DNA from: a virus
Lineage: Duplodnaviria; Caudoviricetes
Reading direction: 5' to 3' (one strand)
IMG/VR virus record: IMGVR_UViG_3300033076_000640
Span: 1 to 42,561 of that record
Length of the DNA: 42,561 bases
This document shows, piece after piece, positions 8,501-16,337 of this stretch (position 1 is the first letter of the stretch; every line of letters starts with the position of its first letter). The notes beneath the pieces were generated by a model. It worked only from the letters and a program-made list of their open reading frames with translations, did no database searches and was not told the DNA's origin. Position numbers and translations under genes: made by a program.

Positions 8501-8832
8501 CGAACGCCGCGCGCAACGTGTCGGGCATCACCCCGCTCGACCTCAAGATCCTCATCAAGCCGGACCCGGTCGAGGAAGTCTCAAAGGGCGGCATCATCAT
8601 GGCGCCGACCGCCACCGAGCGCGCCAAGTTCGCGCAGACCAAGGCGACCGTCGTGGCGATCGGCTGCAACGCCTTCCGCGACTGGGGCGCACAGGCCGCC
8701 AAACCGTCGGCCGGCTCGCGGGTCATCATCGGGCAGTACAGCGGCGCACGCACCAAGGGCGTCGACGGCGAAGAGTACGTCGTCTGCGAAGACAAGGACG
8801 TGCTCGCGATCATCGAGGGAGAGGCGGCGTGA
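8497..8832 (+). CDS. groES: Co-chaperonin GroES (Cpn10)-like protein
   Basis: PLDLKILIKP..EEVSKGGII...ATVVAIG...YSG...DGEEY...EDKDVLAII follows the Cpn10 pattern. Confidence 0.88.
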   Translation: MTNAARNVSGITPLDLKILIKPDPVEEVSKGGIIMAPTATERAKFAQTKATVVAIGCNAFRDWGAQAAKPSAGSRVIIGQYSGARTKGVDGEEYVVCEDKDVLAIIEGEAA

Positions 8833-9665
8833 CGGACGCAACCGCAGCAGAGACGATCGAGGCGGAGGTCGAGGAGACCGAAGCCCAGACGGAAGGCGAG
8901 CGCGACTTCGAGTCCGAAGCCCGGGCGATGGGCTGGCGGCCGCAGGAGGAGTTCTCGGGCGACCCGAAGCAGTTCATCGACGCCAAGACCTTCGTCGAGC
9001 GCGGCGAACAGTTCCTGCCGATCCTGAAGGCGCAGAACAAGAACCTCGTCGCGACCGTGCGCAAGCTCGAGAGGGGGCTGGCGGAGGCGACGGAGTTCTT
9101 CTCGAAGGCCGAGCAGCGCTCCTACGAGCGCGCGCTGGCAGAGTTGAAGGCGCAGCAGTTGCAGGCGGTTGAGACCGGCGACGTGCAGGCGTTCAAGGCG
9201 GTCGAGCATGAGATCGGCGAACTGCAGAAGGAGACCGCGGCCAAAATGAAGACCGCGGCGGCCGGCGACGATGCCGAGACGCTGCAGGAGGCGCTGATCG
9301 AATGGCGCGCGGAGAACAGCTGGTATCAGCCGGACGCCGCCGACCCTGACCGCAAGCTGATGTCGGACTATGCCGACCTCGTTGCGCGCAAGATGGGCGC
9401 ACGCGAGACGCTGGGCATGCAGCCGCGCGAGTATCTCGACGCGATCGCTGAGAAGGTGCGCGAGCGCTTCCCCAAGCATTTCGCCAAGCCTGGCACGCAG
9501 CCGAAGGCCAAGACGACGACCGAAGCGCCGACGCGCGGATCGGGCAAGCCGGGCGGCAAGACGTTCGCCGACCTGCCCGCCGAAGCGCAGCGGCAGGCCG
9601 ACCGCTTCGTGAAGGTGGGCGTGCTGAAGTCGCGCGACGACTACGTCAAATCCTACGCCTGGTAA
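8829..9665 (+). CDS. Putative scaffolding protein
   Basis: Acidic N-terminus, coiled-coil centre, position between portal and capsid genes. Confidence 0.65.
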   Translation: MTDATAAETIEAEVEETEAQTEGERDFESEARAMGWRPQEEFSGDPKQFIDAKTFVERGEQFLPILKAQNKNLVATVRKLERGLAEATEFFSKAEQRSYERALAELKAQQLQAVETGDVQAFKAVEHEIGELQKETAAKMKTAAAGDDAETLQEALIEWRAENSWYQPDAADPDRKLMSDYADLVARKMGARETLGMQPREYLDAIAEKVRERFPKHFAKPGTQPKAKTTTEAPTRGSGKPGGKTFADLPAEAQRQADRFVKVGVLKSRDDYVKSYAW

Positions 9666-9675
9666 GGAGCCAGAG

Positions 9676-10197
9676 ATGACCGACGACACCTACACCCCGC
9701 GCCGCCGTCGTGGCGCCGCTCCCGATCTGGCGAAGATGGCGGGCGACGCGGACGCCGGCATCCGCGCGGCCGGCCTTGAGACTGCGGGCGCAGACGCCAC
9801 GCCGCGCCGGCAGCGACGCCCGCGCATGGGCACTGGCGGGCATCAGCTGCGGCTCGCGGCACCGACCCGCAAGGGCGAGACGCGGCGCTGGGTCAACGAC
9901 GACGGCAACCGCATTGCGGAGATGCAAGATCTGGGGTATGCATTCGTCACGGAGACGGGCATTCAGACAGACGCCCCCGGTTCTCGCATCAGTCGCCGCG
10001 TAGGCACGAAGGCGAATGGCGAGCCACTCCACGCCTACCTCATGGAAACCCCTGACGAGCTCTATGCCCAGGGTGTGGCCGAGAAGGAGGCTCACGCCCG
10101 CTCGATCGACGAAGCCATCCGCGCGGGCCGTGATTCCACCGGCCGTCTGCCTCCCGACGAGTCTTACGGTCACGGATCGATCAAGGTCGAGCGTTAG
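9676..10197 (+). CDS. Head-cluster hypothetical protein
   Basis: AAGGAG SD; RWVNDDGNRI..GY motif; lies in the head operon. Confidence 0.7.
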   Translation: MTDDTYTPRRRRGAAPDLAKMAGDADAGIRAAGLETAGADATPRRQRRPRMGTGGHQLRLAAPTRKGETRRWVNDDGNRIAEMQDLGYAFVTETGIQTDAPGSRISRRVGTKANGEPLHAYLMETPDELYAQGVAEKEAHARSIDEAIRAGRDSTGRLPPDESYGHGSIKVER

Positions 10198-10207
10198 GGC
10201 TGTCTGA

Positions 10208-10251
10208 ACACATCTCCGAGCGCGCCGACCTTCGGCAACCTCGGAGTGTGT
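10208..10251 (+). promoter_or_regulatory. RBS-sequestering hairpin before the 10253 gene
   Basis: ACACA(T)CTCCGAG pairs with CTCGGAGTGTGT, which contains the GGAG SD; inner GCCGA/TCGGC stem. Confidence 0.5.
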
Positions 10252-10252
10252 C

Positions 10253-10852
10253 ATGCCGAACCTCAATGCGCCTTTCGGGCTGAAGCCCGCGCGCGACGTC
10301 TACAGCGGCCCCTACTCAGGGCAGGTCAACCAGTATGCGGTTCCGTCGTCCGACGCGACCGCCATCTTCATCGGCGACCCGGTCAAGCTGGCCGGCACCT
10401 CGCAGGTGATCAACGGCCGCGTGCTTCCCAACGTGGCGCAGGCAGCGACGGGCGACGTGATCGTCGGCGTCGTGGTCGGCGTCATTCCGGTCACGCAGGC
10501 CTCGACGATCTATCGCGAAGCCTCGACCGCGCGCGTCCTGCTCGTCTGCGACGATCCGAACGCCCTGTTCGAGATTCAGCAGGTGTCGACGGGCACGCCG
10601 CTGACCGCCAACGACATCGGCCTCAACGCGAACTTCGTGGTCGCGTCGGGCTCGACCGTCACCGGCCTGTCGGGCGTGACGCTCGACAACACGACTGAGG
10701 CGACGACTAACACGCTCGACCTCAAGATCGTCGCCCTGCCCAACGTGGAAAACAACGACTACGGCACGTCGGTCTCGTCCGGCATGGCCTCGTCGCGCTT
10801 CTACGTCCGCATCAACCGTCACCAGTACGCCAACCAGGTTGCTGGCGTCTAA
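10253..10852 (+). CDS. Capsid decoration/cement protein (putative)
   Basis: N-terminal APFGLKP...AIFIGDPV; beta-rich; directly before the MCP. Confidence 0.7.
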   Translation: MPNLNAPFGLKPARDVYSGPYSGQVNQYAVPSSDATAIFIGDPVKLAGTSQVINGRVLPNVAQAATGDVIVGVVVGVIPVTQASTIYREASTARVLLVCDDPNALFEIQQVSTGTPLTANDIGLNANFVVASGSTVTGLSGVTLDNTTEATTNTLDLKIVALPNVENNDYGTSVSSGMASSRFYVRINRHQYANQVAGV

Positions 10853-10870
10853 GCGCGAAGGGATTGAACC

Positions 10871-11779
10871 ATGAGCGTCATTTCAACCGGCAATATCCCC
10901 AAGCTGCTTTGGCCCGGCCTGAACGCAGTGTGGGGGCGGAACTACGACGAGCATCCGGTCGAGTACACCGACCTGTTCGATGTCGAGACCAGCGACAAGA
11001 ACTACGAGGAAGACGTCGAGATGACGGGCTTCGGTCTGGTTCCGATCAAGAACCAGGGCGCGTCCATCACCTACGACTCGGAGACGCAGGGCACCGTCAC
11101 GCGGTACACGCACATCTCCTTCGGCATGGGCTTCATCATCACCCGGGAGGAGATGGATGATAACCTGTACGAGAAGAAGGGCGTCACCCGCACGAAGGCG
11201 CTGGCGTTTTCGTTCCGGCAGACGAAGGAGAACGTGGCGGCCAACGTCTACAACCGCGCGTTCAACTCGTCCTACACCGGCGGCGACGGCAAGGAGCTGC
11301 TCGCGACGGATCACCCGTCGCTGGTGGGCTCGCAGTCGAACGAACTGGCGGTGTCGGCCGACCTGTCGGAAGCCGCGCTTGAGGATCTGGCCGTCCAGAT
11401 CATGAACGCCACGAACAGCAAGGGTCTGCGCATCGCCCTGATGCCGCGGTCCCTGATCGTTCCGCCGGCGCTCTCGTTCGAGGCGACGCGCATCCTCAAG
11501 TCGCAGCTGCAGAACGACACGGCGAACAATGCCATCAACGCCATGCGCGCGATGGGCATGTTCCCCGAGGGCATCAAGGTCAACCACTACCTGACCGACA
11601 CCGATGCCTTCTTCGTCCGCACCAACGTTCCGGAGGGCATGAAGCTCTTCCAGCGCGTCGCGGCCGAGTTCGCTCAGGATGGCGACTTCGACACCTCGAA
11701 CCTCAAGTACAAGGGGTATGAAAGATACTCCGTGGGTTGGACCGATTGGCGCGCTCTTTTTGGGTCGCCTGGGGCTTAG
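10871..11779 (+). CDS. Major capsid protein
   Basis: LLWPGLN, ITREEMDDNLY, GGDGKELLATDHP, LIVPPAL, NHYLTD and ERYSVGWTDWR; strongly biased codon usage. Confidence 0.9.
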   Translation: MSVISTGNIPKLLWPGLNAVWGRNYDEHPVEYTDLFDVETSDKNYEEDVEMTGFGLVPIKNQGASITYDSETQGTVTRYTHISFGMGFIITREEMDDNLYEKKGVTRTKALAFSFRQTKENVAANVYNRAFNSSYTGGDGKELLATDHPSLVGSQSNELAVSADLSEAALEDLAVQIMNATNSKGLRIALMPRSLIVPPALSFEATRILKSQLQNDTANNAINAMRAMGMFPEGIKVNHYLTDTDAFFVRTNVPEGMKLFQRVAAEFAQDGDFDTSNLKYKGYERYSVGWTDWRALFGSPGA

Positions 11780-11822
11780 CCCATTGACATCATTGGATAA
11801 TAATATCCATTGATTTGAGCAA

Positions 11823-11870
11823 ACGATACGCCCATGGTTGCTCCAGAAGGAGATAACCATGGGCGTTCGT
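11823..11870 (+). promoter_or_regulatory. Hairpin occluding the SD and start codon of the endonuclease gene
   Basis: ACGCCCATGGTT (11828-11839) pairs perfectly with AACCATGGGCGT (11855-11866); the inner CTCC pairs with the GGAG SD. Confidence 0.75.
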
Positions 11871-12755
11871 CATGTCAGGCTTGGAAGTGTTTCGCAGCCG
11901 CGGGAAATGAGCGAACCCGAGCGCGCATATTTTGGGGCGATGATCGACGGCGAAGGGTCGATTGCGATTTCAAGGACGTCACTCGCCGGCCAGAATGAGC
12001 CTCAGTATCGGTTGATCGTGTCGGTCGCGAACACCAACTTTGAGCTTCTGCAAAGCCTCCAGCGCATGATCGGGTTGGGCGGCATGTCGCGTCGAAATCG
12101 CGAGACCGACAAGTGGAAGGACGCTGGCCAACTGTGCCTCAACCACGAAGCCGCAGCATACTGCCTCCAGCAGATCACGCCGTTCCTGATCATCAAGGCG
12201 AAGCAGGCCGATATCGCGCTGCGGTTCATGCAGCTGAAGCGCGAGTGGTCGCGATCGAATGACAACCGCGCGGAGCAGGCAGCCTGCTACGAGCAGATGC
12301 GGGCGCTGAACGCGCGCGGGAAAGCGGCGCAGATCGACTACCAGTTCGAGGCGCCGCCCAAGCGGCAGCGGACCTGCGAGCAGCCCGGCTGCGACGCCGT
12401 TCACTACGGGAATGGGATGTGCCGCCGCCACTATCGCTGGGCTTACGAGAGCAAGACCTGGTCGCCTGAGACCACGCGCCGCTGCGCGCACTGCGACGAG
12501 CCGCTGCCGCCGACGTCACAGGTCACGGCCAAGTTCTGCTCGACCGCTTGCAAGATGAAGTGGCACCGCAGATCCGGTTGCTATTCCGACGAGGCCAAGG
12601 CCGGCGCTCGCCCGTGCAGCGTTGAGGGCTGCGATCGGCCGCATCATTCGGGAGGCATGTGCCGCCGCCACTACATGCAGCAGTGGCATGCCGGGCGCAA
12701 AACCGCCGCCCCTTCCCATTTCGCACCCGATCGTGTAGCGTCCCCCCATCGCTGA
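11859..12755 (+). CDS. Free-standing LAGLIDADG homing endonuclease with C-terminal Cys/His zinc-finger-like repeats
   Basis: AYFGAMIDGEGSI motif, VSVANT, PFLIIKAKQA; two CxxxGC...H..GMCRRHY repeats flank a CxxC...FCSxxC module. Confidence 0.85.
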   Translation: MGVRHVRLGSVSQPREMSEPERAYFGAMIDGEGSIAISRTSLAGQNEPQYRLIVSVANTNFELLQSLQRMIGLGGMSRRNRETDKWKDAGQLCLNHEAAAYCLQQITPFLIIKAKQADIALRFMQLKREWSRSNDNRAEQAACYEQMRALNARGKAAQIDYQFEAPPKRQRTCEQPGCDAVHYGNGMCRRHYRWAYESKTWSPETTRRCAHCDEPLPPTSQVTAKFCSTACKMKWHRRSGCYSDEAKAGARPCSVEGCDRPHHSGGMCRRHYMQQWHAGRKTAAPSHFAPDRVASPHR

Positions 12756-12841
12756 TGTGACGGCTCGTCAGCGTCTCCAGACAAATGCCGGTGGCCCAGA
12801 CGCTGCATTGCGCAGCGTTCTCACGAACGTCTGGAGACATC
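12749..12841 (+). ncRNA. Putative structured cis-regulatory leader, copy A
   Basis: 5' hairpin, AGACAAATGCCG, a UCAC-loop hairpin, and a GTCTCCAGAC/GTCTGGAGAC 10-bp stem over the SD; shares motifs with 24553-24670. Confidence 0.5.
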
Positions 12842-13534
12842 ATGGCATCCCCGACTCGTTTTCCTGGCGGCATGACGACGACCGCGAGCGACACCACGCT
12901 CGGTCAGTTCCTCGCGCCGGACCCGTCGAAGCTCCACACCTACTGGGAAGACTTCGACTACTACAACGCCGCCAACTGGACCGTGACCGAGACGCAGGCC
13001 GGCGCCACGCAGGCGCTGACCGATGCGGACGGCGGCGTGCTGCTGCTGACCAACACGGCGGCCGACAACGACCTCAACGCGCTGCAGAAGGTGGGCGAAT
13101 CCTTCCTGATGACCGCGGGCAAGCGCGCATGGTTCAAGGCGCGCTTCAAGGTGTCGGACGCTACGCAGTCGGACGTCGTCATCGGCCTGCAGATCACCGA
13201 CACGACCCCGCTCGACGTCACTGACGGCATCTACTTCCTGAAGGACGACGGCTCGACGACGATCACGGCGATCTGCCGCAAGAATGCCTCGACTGGCTCG
13301 ACCTCGCTGTCGGCCGGCACGCTGGTGTCGGACACCTACATCACGCTCGGCTGGTACTACGACGGCAAGTCGTCCGTCGCGGTGTTCGTCGACGACGTGC
13401 AGGTCGGCACGCTCGACGGTTCGTCGACGTACCTGCCGGACACCGAACTGACCGTGTCGTTCGGCATCCAGAACGGTGAAGCCGTCGCGAAGACGATGTC
13501 GGTCGACTTCATCCTGGCGGCGCAGGAGCGCTGA
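12842..13534 (+). CDS. Virion structural protein (beta-sandwich-like)
   Basis: GGAG SD; Thr/Asp/Gly-rich, beta-rich composition; highly biased codons; post-capsid position. Confidence 0.7.
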   Translation: MASPTRFPGGMTTTASDTTLGQFLAPDPSKLHTYWEDFDYYNAANWTVTETQAGATQALTDADGGVLLLTNTAADNDLNALQKVGESFLMTAGKRAWFKARFKVSDATQSDVVIGLQITDTTPLDVTDGIYFLKDDGSTTITAICRKNASTGSTSLSAGTLVSDTYITLGWYYDGKSSVAVFVDDVQVGTLDGSSTYLPDTELTVSFGIQNGEAVAKTMSVDFILAAQER

Positions 13535-13561
13535 GTCCCTCGGTAGGAAGGAGGCTCGGCG

Positions 13562-13867
13562 ATGTCCGGCACCTCGTACAAGAACTTCATCCCGGGCTCG
13601 ACGGTCAGCGTTTCGGCGACGACCACGACCGCCCGGGCCACGCTGGGCACGTCGCCGGTCACGCGCCGCGACGTGCTCATGCACAACGCCGGCACGACGC
13701 TGGTGTTCTTCAAGTTCGGCGACAGCACGGTGACGGCGACGACGTCCGACACCCCGCTGCCGGCCGGGGCCTATGCGATCTTCCACGCGAACGATCACAC
13801 GCATGTCGCGTGCATCACGTCGACGGGCTCGGCGACGGTCTACGCGACGGTCGGGTTCGGCGACTGA
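13562..13867 (+). CDS. Small virion structural protein (putative)
   Basis: GGAGG SD; Thr-rich, beta-rich. Confidence 0.7.
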   Translation: MSGTSYKNFIPGSTVSVSATTTTARATLGTSPVTRRDVLMHNAGTTLVFFKFGDSTVTATTSDTPLPAGAYAIFHANDHTHVACITSTGSATVYATVGFGD

Positions 13868-13868
13868 C

Positions 13869-15164
13869 GTGTGGAAGCAGAAGGCCAAGAGCAAGACGCT
13901 GGCGTCGGGTCAGGGGTTCTGGTCCGGCGCCACGCTCGCGCTTGATCTCCTGACACCGCAGTTTCGGCGCGACGGCGTCTACACACGCTCTCTGTCCGCC
14001 CTCTCAGGCTACAGCTACACCCGCGCGGGCACGAAATACGAAGCCTCTGCTGGCGGCGTTCTGCTGCCGTTCGCAGCGAACGAGCCGGGCATTCCGGCTG
14101 GCGTGGGGTATTGGTCGCGGTCGGCGTTTACGAACCTGACCATCCGGAGCGAAGAGTTCGCGAACGCTGCGTGGACTCGCACGACGGCCAACATCAGCAG
14201 CAACGCGGCCACGGCACCCGACGGCTCGCTGACCGCCGACAGCTACACCGAAGCGGGCACGAACGCGACGATCCGCAACACGACGGCCATCACGGTCACG
14301 ACGGCCACGACGTACACCTCCAGCATCTTCGTCCAGCGCAGCAACTTCGACTGGGTGCGGGTCAGCGCAGGCGACACCACGTCGCTGACTAACAGCGTCC
14401 GGGGGTTCTTCAATCTCGGCACGGGCGTGGTGGGCTCGCTGACGACCTCGGGCACTGGCTGGACGGGCGTTGGCCTGACGATCACTGCACTCGCGGGCGG
14501 TTGGTATCGCGTCGCCATCACCTACACGACGACCGGAACCTCGCTGTTCGTGACGCTGAACTCGGCCACCGCCGACGGCAGTTCAACGCGCGTCACGGGC
14601 GGCACCGGCGGCACGCTCAACCTGTGGGGCGCGCAAACCGTGCTCGGGGCTGACCCCGGCCCCTATATCCCCACCACCACCGCCGCTGCCTCGATCGGGG
14701 CGGACGCGCTGTCGTTCACGGGGCTGACGAGCGTTTCGGCGTGGACGCTGTTTTTCCAAGGCCGTCGCACAAACCCAACTGTGGCTGATGGCGTCGGGTG
14801 GAACATTCGAAACGCAGGCGGGACCAACCTGCTGCGCATTCGGCACCAGACGGGCGGCAACATTCGCCTGTCAATGATCGACGTTGGCAGCGGGACGAGC
14901 ATCGGCCTCAACACGGCTAACACGGTCACGACTTCGAACGCCCTGCTGAAGTTTGCGGCGACGTTCCAGTCTGGTGCGCAGTCGGTGTGCCTCAACGGCG
15001 GCACGGTCGCGACCAACGCGACGGGCACGATCTCAACAGACCTGACCTTCGCCGACTGCGGCATGATCAACGGGGCGGGGCAGGAGTGGAACGGCTCGGT
15101 TGAGCAGGCGGTGATCTTCCCGTTCGCCATGACCGCCGCCGAATTGCAGGCGCTCACGGCATGA
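13869..15164 (+). CDS. Head spike/fibre protein with carbohydrate-binding-like domains
   Basis: NLTIRSEEFANAAW...ATAPDGSLTAD...GWYRV...WGAQ...PGPYIPTT pattern; lectin-like C-terminus ending AAELQALTA; start uncertain. Confidence 0.7.
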   Translation: MWKQKAKSKTLASGQGFWSGATLALDLLTPQFRRDGVYTRSLSALSGYSYTRAGTKYEASAGGVLLPFAANEPGIPAGVGYWSRSAFTNLTIRSEEFANAAWTRTTANISSNAATAPDGSLTADSYTEAGTNATIRNTTAITVTTATTYTSSIFVQRSNFDWVRVSAGDTTSLTNSVRGFFNLGTGVVGSLTTSGTGWTGVGLTITALAGGWYRVAITYTTTGTSLFVTLNSATADGSSTRVTGGTGGTLNLWGAQTVLGADPGPYIPTTTAAASIGADALSFTGLTSVSAWTLFFQGRRTNPTVADGVGWNIRNAGGTNLLRIRHQTGGNIRLSMIDVGSGTSIGLNTANTVTTSNALLKFAATFQSGAQSVCLNGGTVATNATGTISTDLTFADCGMINGAGQEWNGSVEQAVIFPFAMTAAELQALTA

Positions 15165-15403
15165 CCTGGAACCCCTCCTACCTCCGCCACGTCGAGGTTC
15201 CGGGCCGCGAGGGCTACCACCTGAACGGCCCGCTGGATGGCCCGGTGCAGGTGCTGAACGAGAAGACCGCGCCGTTCCGGGTCTACCCCACCGAGCCTAT
15301 CGAGGTTTGGGCAGGCCAGCCGACGCTGTTCCTGTGGTTTGCTGACAAGGCGCAGGCGCTGAGCGTCATGGGCGAGCACTGGAGTGAGGACGGCGATGTC
15401 TAA
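15161..15403 (+). CDS. Hypothetical protein (possible fibre accessory)
   Basis: ATGA-coupled to the fibre gene. Confidence 0.6.
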   Translation: MTWNPSYLRHVEVPGREGYHLNGPLDGPVQVLNEKTAPFRVYPTEPIEVWAGQPTLFLWFADKAQALSVMGEHWSEDGDV

Positions 15404-15644
15404 CGGCCCCGAGGATATGTGGCCGCAGCCGCCGAACTTCATCTGCGACGCCTCTGGCTTCAAGCTGCCACAGACGGACATGGTGCGCCAGTGGGACGGG
15501 GCCTATGTGTCGCGGCGCTTCGTCGACAAGCGCAATCCGCAAGACTTCGTCAAAGGCGTGCGTGACGATCCCTCGCTGAAGGTCGCGCGCCCCGAAGCGC
15601 CTGACGTGTTCATTTCCACGCCCGTCACGCAGGACGACCTCTGA
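15396..15644 (+). CDS. Small phage protein of the structural operon
   Basis: ICDASGFK...RNPQDFVKG...RPE motif; GAGG SD; coupled to the next gene. Confidence 0.75.
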   Translation: MSNGPEDMWPQPPNFICDASGFKLPQTDMVRQWDGAYVSRRFVDKRNPQDFVKGVRDDPSLKVARPEAPDVFISTPVTQDDL

Positions 15645-16336
15645 TGGCTGTCTCCGGCTCGACCGACTTCGCGCTCAACGCCAACCAGATCATCGCGGCC
15701 GCCTTCAAAAAGCTGGGCGTCGGCACCGAAGGCGAGGCGCTGACGGCTGCGCAGTACGAGGATGGGCGGCTGGCGCTCAATCTGCTGATCAAGACGTGGG
15801 GCGCGCAGCCGCACCTGTGGACGCAGACCGAGGCCTGGCTGCCGTATGTCGCCGGCCAGTCCGGTTATGCGCTCAATGCTGCGATGCGGGTGCTGTCGGT
15901 GCGCAGGCGCCTGACCTCGGGCACGATCGACACGCCAATGACACCACTGTCGCGGCAGGAGTATTTCGACCTGCCGAACAAGACGACGCAGGCGGTGCCG
16001 GTCAATTACTACTTTGACCCGCAATACAACACGTCGACGCTGTACGTCTGGCCGACCGCGTCTGCCGCGACTGCGGCGGCTGGGGATCTGCGCATCACCT
16101 ACCTGCGCCGCATGTGCGACATGGACACGACGACCGACGACCTCGACATGCCGCAGGAATGGCTCGAGGCGGTCATCTACAATCTCGCGGTGCGGCTGAT
16201 GCCGACGTATCCGGTGAACGATCCGAACATCGCGGCGCGCGTCGAGAGCATGGCCGGGCAGTTGTACGCGGCGCTGAAGGGCTGGGATAACGAGACGACC
16301 TCGCTGTTCCTGCAGCCCGATAATCGCTGGTGCTGA
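15644..16336 (+). CDS. Head-tail adaptor (P22 gp4-like)
   Basis: IIAAAFKKLGV..EGE...LNLLIKTW, LYVWPT and PQEWLEAVIYNLAVRL; syntenic position. Confidence 0.75.
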   Translation: MAVSGSTDFALNANQIIAAAFKKLGVGTEGEALTAAQYEDGRLALNLLIKTWGAQPHLWTQTEAWLPYVAGQSGYALNAAMRVLSVRRRLTSGTIDTPMTPLSRQEYFDLPNKTTQAVPVNYYFDPQYNTSTLYVWPTASAATAAAGDLRITYLRRMCDMDTTTDDLDMPQEWLEAVIYNLAVRLMPTYPVNDPNIAARVESMAGQLYAALKGWDNETTSLFLQPDNRWC

Positions 16337-16337
16337 C

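Noticed and set aside
12779-12800. Twister or hammerhead ribozyme
   Set aside because: Only a short AATGCCGGT resemblance; the catalytic core and pseudoknot pairings could not be built.
11714-12841. Group I intron or intein in the capsid gene
   Set aside because: The MCP ends with a complete-looking C-terminus and stop codon, no downstream exon is visible, and the endonuclease has its own SD and ATG.
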